Shown here one piece after another: positions 55,430 to 64,000 of a DNA stretch of 64,000 nucleotides. Under the pieces are notes generated by a model. It saw only the letters and a program-made list of their open reading frames with translations. It had not been told where the DNA came from and did no database searches. The translations under genes and the position numbers were made by a program. The first letter of the stretch is position 1. Each line of letters starts with the position of its first letter. The DNA is taken from positions 188,418,001 through 188,482,000 of the forward strand of contig OZ024742.1 of assembly GCA_964016885.1 (NCBI GenBank), in the 5' to 3' direction. Source of the DNA: Eledone cirrhosa. Lineage: Eukaryota.

Positions 55430-56726
55430 TGTGTGGGTGTGTGTGTGTATTACATTCATGCATAGTATTTCATGGTTCTTATATTGGTTCATATGAGTCT
55501 GACAACACATACAGTCGTGTGGTTCTGGCGTAGATTCAATCGAGTACACAAACAGACATTGATATCATTTTACGATTCACGCTGCCGTATGATCCTAGTT
55601 CCACATGGTCCATTGAAGCAAAATATAAAAGGAATCTCATTATATAAATATGTGGAAGGTGAATCTTACTTCTAAGCTGTATTTCTATAATTATTTATGA
55701 AAAGTGCTTATAAATTTTCATGAGCATTATTTCGACATGTTCATGACTATGTATCCTATGTTTTTCTGTTTGAAAGATGAAACTGTGGCAGAAAACAAAC
55801 AGCATAATAATCCACAGCTGATCATTAAGATGATGTAATCATTTCGTTATGAAATGGTATTTAAAAAAAGAACAAATCAAGCAGGATGAAACGAACCAGC
55901 TTATCCTTTTTTATTCAGTCGATTGCACCATAGAAAAACACATGAAGCTACTGTCTCTATTTGTTAATATCACGTGGTAAAGATTAGCAAACTGCAATTT
56001 AAAGATAGAACGTGTCTATAGTTACAGAAAATAATACATTCTGCTGACAGAATCAGATTCTTCTGAACACAACACTCCTAAAAAATGATGCCATGTCGTT
56101 GCATGTATAATCCTGATAGATTAATCCAAAAATTCAATTGAGGGGAACTATGATTTATTTCTGCAACGTGGTGTCTAGTATTGTTGTATAAATCCTCTTT
56201 CAGTATTTGTCCTGAAATCATGATTCTATAGAATCATATCAACTACATTGAACTATGGTTGCGAAATTTTCGAAAAAGTAATCTTGTGACCCGCCTCACC
56301 GTCTTTTAAAACTAGTTCTTCTTAATTCTGAAATAGAACACCAACCTCAATTTTTGTGATGTCTATGACGATTTTGCTATACATTAAGAAACAAACAATC
56401 ACAGTTTAAGATTAAGTTGGTATCTCTGAAACAAATCCTCTGAATAGACTCATATTACGGTTCCACTACTCTTTGAAAGTAAATCAAAGTGACAAAAGAT
56501 AAAATCTAATTATTTTCCTGCATAAGGGAATATCTTATTTAATGAAGTTAAATATGTTCTAACGCAAAGTTAAATACGCAAAGTTAAATATGTTCTTACA
56601 CGATAAACTGGCCTTACACGGAACTGCAAAACTGAATGATTTTGAACATACACTATATCCCTTTCACATATTATATATCCCAATAACGAGGGATTTGAAA
56701 AATATGTAAACAGAATATTGGAAATA

Positions 56727-56795
<69 letters not shown>

Positions 56796-57033
56796 ACCGA
56801 CCGACCGACCGACCGACCGACCGACCGAGCGACGAACGGGTAAAATGTTTTGCGGTATTTGTTGCGCTCTCGGTGTTCACATCCGGGAGAGATCAACTTG
56901 GCGTTTCATCATTTCAAGATCGATTTTTAAAAAAAGTAAGTGTACAGTACTAGGATTGATTGATCCTCCACATACCTTCCTCCATTACAAGATGGAGTCC
57001 GCATGCCCACACAGAGACAGGCATATACATATA

Positions 57034-57915
57034 CGAGGTGTGTCAGAAAAGTTCCAGGACTGATGTTACAAAAGATTTATTTCAAACCAAAACTTCACAC
57101 TAGGAGTTTTCTCCCTGGAGTCTAATGCACTGTTCCATCCTTTTCTGCCACGCTTGCATGCACTCCTGGAAGGATTCTTCCGGGATCCTCCGCAGTTCCG
57201 TCGTCACGGCCTTTTTGATGTCGTTCACGTCTTCAAAACGGGTCCCCTCCGGGTCGTCCTCGAAGATCCATGACACATCACCGGTGATGATTGTCCCTAG
57301 CACGTCTGGTTCGGTTTCAAGACGCTCGAGGATGTCCTGGCACACTTGCATGCGTCGACCCTTCTGGTCATAGATCAGCAGTGTTGGCACCATCTTCGTG
57401 CAGACTTTCCGCATGTCCAAATCTTCAATGAGAATCTTCCAGACGCCGTCCCGATTCATGCCCAGCTCATTTGCCATCAGTCGAACAGTCAGCCGACGAT
57501 CGCTATGCACCATTCTGCCGGATGCGCTCAACGTTGACCTCAGTCCTGGTTGTTGAGGGTCTTCCATTCCTGGGGTCATCTTCCACGTCCTCGCGTCCTT
57601 CTTTAAACCTCTTGCACCACTCAAAAACACGTGAGCATGACATCGTCTCATCTCCATACACTTGCTGCAGCAAACCCAGTGCTTCTGACGGAGTTTTCAA
57701 GTTTGTTAGCTGCTCTGTGCTCATTGCTTGACGACCTGAAACAGAGGACATGTATATAGAATTATGTAGAAAAAAGTTGGATCGCTGCAGAGAGCTAAGA
57801 TTAGAGTCACATACTCCAGGGGGATTACTTTGAAGGAGAAAACTCTTAGTGTGAAGTTTAGTTTTGAAATAAATCTTTTGTGACATCACTCCTGGAACTT
57901 TTCTCACACACCTCG
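57034..57915 (-). mobile_element. Internally deleted mariner transposon
   Basis: About 80 bp TIRs CGAGGTGTGT.., TA flanks; RVFEWCKRFKEGREDVEDDPRNGRPST, DRRLTVR, IITGDVSWIF, WQKRMEQCIRLQG; most of the catalytic region deleted. Confidence 0.92.
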
Positions 57916-58559
57916 TATATAAACAGTGTGCTCGAAACTTACCGGGTTTGAAACAAGGTATAGCATGCGCATTTTATTCTCTTTTGTTAACTAATGTTGC
58001 GTGATCAAATTATAATTTCTAATATATGCAGAATTCCAATAATTTGTCTACCCTGAACTTAGAACAGAAAAGGCCGCAATTAAAATCTCTATGTAAAGTA
58101 TTTTGTCCAACGCTTTAGCGATTCTGCTAATCCGCCGCCATACTATGTATCAAATTATACCGAGAGATATTTTAATTTAGTTCAACGATGACCTAATTGG
58201 CCAATTGACATTCTCTTCATTGGCTAATCATATTTCCGATATCTGATTTTCTGGTCCAGTTCTTCTGCTTGGGAAAACTACTCTTTTCTTCACATTAAGA
58301 TTTATAAAATAGGCAGACATTTTAAGCAAAGAAATGAAGAAATATTAGAAGACAGTATGGAAGATGTATGGTGTCTCAATTTGAAGCTTACTAACATGAT
58401 TTGCAACAGTGGTTGGAGTAGGAACAGATAAGTACATGTATGTATGTATGTATGTATGTATGTATGTATGTATGTATGTATGTATGTATGTATGTATGTT
58501 TGTATGTATATATATATATGTATATGTATGTATGTATGTATGTATATGTATGTAGGGCA

Positions 58560-58960
58560 AAGGAGCTCTTAAGAGTCAATGGCCATCCAAAATCACCGGG
58601 AGAGATGACCCATTAGCCTTTGTCAAGGCAGAATTCTAGTAGATGGAAAACTTTGATATAACACCTGCAACCCTGATGGTATCCAATGATGTTGACTTGT
58701 TCTTCTTTTTGGTAAATATCATCTTGGTTAAGAGAGTGGGACTGGCTTTGTGCAGTGCCTTTGCTCACTATAAAAGCTTCACGGCACAGGCATTGATTTA
58801 TATCTGGAGATCTCTCTGCACTTGTCGTCACATGGTACCATGGGCCCAGCACTATGTGTCAATAATTGTCACAAGTGTAGTGTTTGTACCAGAGTTTTCA
58901 AGTCGCTGGCTGGACTAAAAAGTCACACTCGTTCAGCGCATCGGTAAGGGTTCTCCTACA
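58560..58960 (-). mobile_element. Highly decayed RLE-type LINE 3' fragment
   Basis: KLWYK..IVLGPWY remnants resembling the W....PIVLGALG region; weak. Confidence 0.35.
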
Positions 58961-59169
58961 TGGATATAAAGTAGTGGCCGTACTCGAAAACGAGTTGGCA
59001 GCCACCATGTATGTATGTATGTATGTATGCATGTATGTATGTATGTATGTATGTATGTATATGTATGTATGTCTGTATGTTTCTCTTTCTCTTAATTTCG
59101 AGTACATTTTTGACCGGCCACCTTCCTGCTGGCAAGTTTGTAAAAGAAAAGAAATTGTCATCCCTTGAA

Positions 59170-59520
59170 TCGCAATAATGTTTTGCCAATTTTGAAGGTG
59201 CCAGCTATCGCAGACATTTGAACTCTATGAATTAGAGAACTGTGCTCTTTGTCCACAAATCCAAGTTCAGTTATACTTTGATCCAAGCGGGTTGGTATAT
59301 AACCTGTAGCTCCAATAATGATGGGTATGAAGCTGAAGGTGTATCTTAGATCTGCAAACTCCTCATCAATGGTCCGTAGATGTCTCCTTCTCTTGTATTT
59401 TTCTTACAACTTTGACATGAAGTGGGCAGCTGATCTCTACAACAGAGCATGTTTTCAATGTGTGGTCCCAAACAACAATGTCAGGTTGGTTGTGTTTTAA
59501 TTTGGTGGAAGTTTTTATTT
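59170..59520 (-). mobile_element. R4/Dong-like LINE restriction-like endonuclease fragment
   Basis: KHNQPDIVVWD..CSVVEISCP..KIQEK, then FSFIPIIIGATGYIP..ELGF (PD-(D/E)xK-type RLE). Confidence 0.75.
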
Positions 59521-59732
59521 TCAGATCTTTGGCATTTTGTATGAAGTCACTACTTACAAGTATCTTGATTATTATTATTTCTTTAGCAGCTACAATATAC
59601 ATTCCTCATTTATAATTTTTCTATGGGGAATATAACGAAACAAAAGAAATTTTAGTATGGAGAACATGTCAACTTATTTAAATCATCCGCGCTGTTAGAT
59701 ATACCAACGGAATTTCGCTTAAACCACATTAG

Positions 59733-59918
59733 ATAATTGTTGCTACTTTTTGGCACAAGGCCAGCAATTACTCAGTGCATTACTGGTACTTTATTTTATC
59801 GACCCCGTAAGGATGAAAGGCAAAGTTAACCTCGGCGGGATTTGAACTCAGAATGGAAAGGGCAGTATCTCTATGCGTCAAAGCATGGCGTCTGACCCTC
59901 TACCGATACTGTCAATCC
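59733..59918 (-). mobile_element. tRNA-derived SINE type 1
   Basis: Homologous to 63217-63411. Confidence 0.85.
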
Positions 59919-59964
59919 AATGTATTCTAAATACGCTATATCCAGGAAATATTAAGTCGATTAT

Positions 59965-60220
59965 TCAAGACTGGAACGCTGTTTATCATAGGTCATCTTT
60001 ACCAGTGTGGATATAGGACAGTGGAGATTTCTGGTGTCCTTAGCCCCAGCACCACCTCCCTAGTGACCACCATCGGCACGGAGTTGGCTACCAGCAGTTT
60101 TGAACTTCGCGAGCAGGAATGACTCTTCAATCGCATCTCCCTCATTATCCTCTGGAAAGACGCCTTTCTCTATTTTGCCCACCGGGACCGCGGGTCGGCC
60201 AGCTCGTGGGCTCCCATTTG
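59965..60220 (+). mobile_element. Decayed CRE-like LINE C-terminal fragment
   Basis: VEISGVLSPSTTSLVTTIGTELA..REQE*LFNRISLII resembles the ET.G..G..IG..LA..RE..L.QRIS terminus; GC-rich island. Confidence 0.55.
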
Positions 60221-61689
60221 TACATTATAGTGAGAGTTGGGGAAAGTGAAAGAGAGAGAACATTAACGCACATACGTGCACATATGTCAGAGGGATTGCA
60301 AATGTATTATTTGTTCCTGCTCTCTACGCTGAAGGTAGACGCTTCTTCTTCTTCTTCTTCTTCTTCTTCTTCTTCTTCTTCTTCTCATCCTCCCTCTTTT
60401 TTCTTTTTTTCTTTTTTCTTTTTTCTTTCTTTTTTTCTGGAAGCAACGAGTTTGGACTCAAACTATAACGGTATGGGTTTTTCTTTGGTAATAAAAATAA
60501 TCCCAAGACCCGCCCCTTATGAGAGCTGTTGCCTCTAAGAATCCTTCAGCAATTAAAGGCCCACCAACTAATGAATCTTAAAATATTCACAAGTATGATT
60601 ATATTTCACAGAAGTTTTGATCGGCTCAGCTTTATTTAACGCCAGTGTGCAACAACATAAAACATAACACCCTGATAATAAAACAGAACATCAGAATATT
60701 TAGCTAAACATGCTAATATTCAGTTGAAAATACAGATTCCGTTCTTTTTTTTTTAAACGGAATACGTTTTAAGTGACTTTCATTTTTCTGCGCTTAATTC
60801 AAAGTTAAATTTGGATTTATCAACAAATTTGAGATAATATGAAAAAGAAAATGGAAAAAATAAGAATCAATTATTTATAATAATTTAATAGGTTATCACG
60901 ATTTTATTTGAGGATTCCTTTACAGTAGAACATGTTACTGGAATTTTTTTTTTTGCATTTTGTTTTGTAAATCTGTTCAGTGTTTATGAACGTGTGTGTA
61001 TGTATATATTTTAATGTATTGTGTTTGATTATGTGCGTATTGTATATGTGTGTATGTGTTTATGTGATCTGCATGTTATATATGTATTTAAGTATTGTGT
61101 GAGTATTTGTGTTTACACATTGTGTATGTATGTATGTGTATATCTATGGATGTGTATATGTGTATATTTATAATACTATGGATGTGTATGTGCGTATATG
61201 TATATATCTATTATATCTATGGATGTGTATGTGTGTATATGTATATGTCTATTCATGTGTATGTGTGTATAAGTATTTGTCTTGTGAATGTGTATTTTTG
61301 TGGGAATTCGTATATTGTCTGGGTGTGTATATATGTGTTTTTAAATACAACATGTGCATATGTGCATATATGTGTGTTTATAAATTATGTAAACGCTTTA
61401 TGTTTTATGTATTGTGTGTATATATCTCTGAATATGTAATTAATGTTGAGGAGTCCTGACAAAATAGTTTATTATTAACTGAATAATAGCAAGGAGAAAA
61501 AACGAGGAGACAAGAAACTCTCCGGAAATTCAACGAAGTTAGACGGAGAACAATGGCTGATGTGTTGCCAGAAATTAAGAAAAAATATATAATAAAAGGA
61601 ACAAACATCAACAAAACTCGCAGTTCTGTCTGCCTTTTTGATATGACACGTATCTAGCCTCGGGCCATCACGTTCATTCTTGGACAACA

Positions 61690-62010
61690 GGCCACTGATG
61701 TTGATGATGATGGTGATGTCATTACTGATGTCAACCATGACGACGGTGATGATGATGATGATAATGATGAGATTGGCGATGATGATGATGAGGATGATGA
61801 TGATGTTAATCATAATTGCAATTATGAGGATGATGACGGTGATGATGATGATGATGATATATATGTTGATAATCATAATTACAATGATGATCATGATACC
61901 GAAGACTTCACCTAGGATTATGATGATGATAATGATGTCATATTGAGATGATGTTGGTGATGATGTTAACGGTGATGGTGATGGTAATGATGTTTATGAT
62001 GAGGACGCTC
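61690..62010. repeat. Degenerate (GAT)n microsatellite
   Basis: Direct inspection. Confidence 0.9.
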
Positions 62011-62585
62011 AAGAGATTACTATCTCAAATTAGAAGAAGCGAATCTTAGAAAAATAAAATAAAACAGCGTCCATATTTGTTCATTACTAATGTGCTAGAG
62101 TAAACCAGGCGAAGATCAATAAATAAATAAATAAATAAATAAATACCAATACAACTAATGCAAGTAAAATAGCCATAACACCACCACCAAAAACGAATAT
62201 GAAGAAAAATATCAGAAATATAAAAAAAAGCTAATATTTTACATTCTATTAGCATATAATTTTCTTTTGAAAAAAATATTGAATTTTCACAGTTGTGGAT
62301 TTCAGGAAAATTAAAACCCTGTCTTTATTAAACAGACACACAATTGGTTTCTTAATGCCAAGCAAACAGATTTTTAAACCAACAAGAAAACCTGAGAAAT
62401 GTTTCAATTTAATCGGATTATTGGAAAGAAAACAATACAGAGAGTAGAGAAGGAAAATATAAAGAAATGATAAAAGAAAATATGAAAGTATTATTGCTAG
62501 CATTGTTACTACTACGACTACTATTGTTACTAATTCTAGCATTGATTTATTATTAATTGCAATACTAATGACACGAAATACAATG

Positions 62586-62645
<60 letters not shown>

Positions 62646-62666
62646 GTACTACTACTACTACTACTG

Positions 62667-62748
<82 letters not shown>

Positions 62749-62761
62749 ATTACTACTACTA
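62586..62761. repeat. (TAC)n/(TGC)n microsatellite
   Basis: Direct inspection. Confidence 0.95.
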
Positions 62762-62787
62762 GAGTTTTATTATTATAACTACAATAT

Positions 62788-63640
62788 GGGCGGTGGATTA
62801 CCAGTATTGGGAAAGCGTCGTCCAGTATGCTTCGTGACAGAGTGTTATGGCCCTTTACGTTTGGATTTCAAGTTCTGTCCAGGTCATCTTTGCCTTTCTT
62901 CCCTGCGGCTTCGATAAAATATAATACCAGTAATGTACTTGGGTCGATATAAACGACTTTCCGCAACCCCCAAATCGCTGACCTTGTACCTAAATCAGAA
63001 ATCATTATTACTAATGTTGATTGGCAGTATCGGTAGAGAGTCGGACACCATGCTTTGAAGCACAGAGTTGCGTCCCTTTATGATCTGAGTTCAAATCCCG
63101 CCGAGGTTAACTTTGCCTCTCATCCCTACGGAGTCGATAAAATAAAGTACCAGTAATGTACTGGTGAATTGCTGGCCTTGTGCCTAAAATAGAAACAATT
63201 ATTACTAATATAATAAGGCGGTGGATTGGCAGTATCGGTAGATGGTCGGACGCCATGCTTTGCAGCAAAGAGTTACGGCCCTTTATGGGCTGAGTTCAAA
63301 TCCCGCCGAGGTTAACTTTGCCTTTCATCCTTACGGGGTCGATAAAATAAAGTACCAGTAACGTACTGGATAATTGCTGGCCTTGTGCCAAATGTAGAAA
63401 CAATTATTATTAATGTAATAATTGGCGATAGAATACCAGAATCGTTAGAGCGTTGGACAAAACACTTCGATGTATTTACTTTCGTTGCTTTACGTTATAA
63501 ATTCAGGACGCCCCTCTCAGATAAAGGTATATCTAACTGATCAGGGGTCGATAAATTAATGACAAATTTTAGGGTGAATATAATTGAAGTTCTTCTCACC
63601 CCAAAATTGTTGGTTTTGTGTCAAAATTGGAAACTGATTC
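62788..63640 (+). mobile_element. Head-to-tail cluster of four type-1 SINEs (about 62788, 63019, 63217, 63425)
   Basis: Repeated head/core/tail separated by (ATT)n; inner two well preserved, outer two diverged. Confidence 0.85.
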
Positions 63641-64000
63641 CTAAAATAAATACAATATATATAACTCGAAAGACAATAATAGATACAATAAACTATGGCA
63701 ACCGCTGCAAAATGTCAAAGACATAAAGGACATAAACAAAACCAATAACAATAAATTCTATAAACAATTTATCAACAACAGCATTACTGAAATGGAGCAA
63801 TAAAACCATCAGTCTCTAAAAAAAAACGAAAAAAAAAAAACAAGAAAAAAAAAATGTAAGACAATCAGAACAAAATGTAGAATCAAAATATCAGGAAGAG
63901 AATTCTTCTGATTATTATACAACTATAAGAAGAAAATTGTGCCACAATTTCTAAATTACTCCATTCGAAGCAGAAATAAAAATATGAAGAAAAACGTCAC

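Noticed and set aside
61680-62762. Poly-Met and poly-Thr/Tyr ORFs
   Set aside because: Trinucleotide microsatellites
62788-63640. Regularly spaced repeats as a CRISPR array or tRNA cluster
   Set aside because: About 200 bp SINE units with degenerate tRNA heads; no spacers, no complete cloverleaf

Overview
AT-rich eukaryotic DNA, probably intergenic or intronic, saturated with (TA)n/(CA)n/(TC)n microsatellites. The mix of tRNA-derived SINEs, mariner, RTE, Tx1/L1, RLE-type LINEs and extreme microsatellite density suggests a cephalopod (octopus-like) genome; this is an inference. No intact host gene is supported, and nearly all listed ORFs are microsatellite translations. The dominant structure is about 30 insertions from more than 10 sequence-unrelated families of Penelope-like retroelements (PLEs), nearly all embedded in (TA)n tracts. 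Family letters used below are my own labels. Four insertions keep GIY-YIG endonuclease remnants. Most carry a type-I hammerhead ribozyme (HHR) motif, including U3:A8 compensatory cores, a U4A core, U10.1-U11.1 closures and 55-120 nt stem-II expansions. Most are head-to-head foldbacks with one arm carrying an extra 3' tail. About ten families share a covarying bulged hairpin in that tail, (A/G)CTC-stem-loop-stem'-TY-GAG(T/C), and the short arm stops mostly 0-8 nt (up to about 14 nt) upstream of it. This is a candidate conserved RT-recognition or internal-priming element. All folding and alignment was done by eye.
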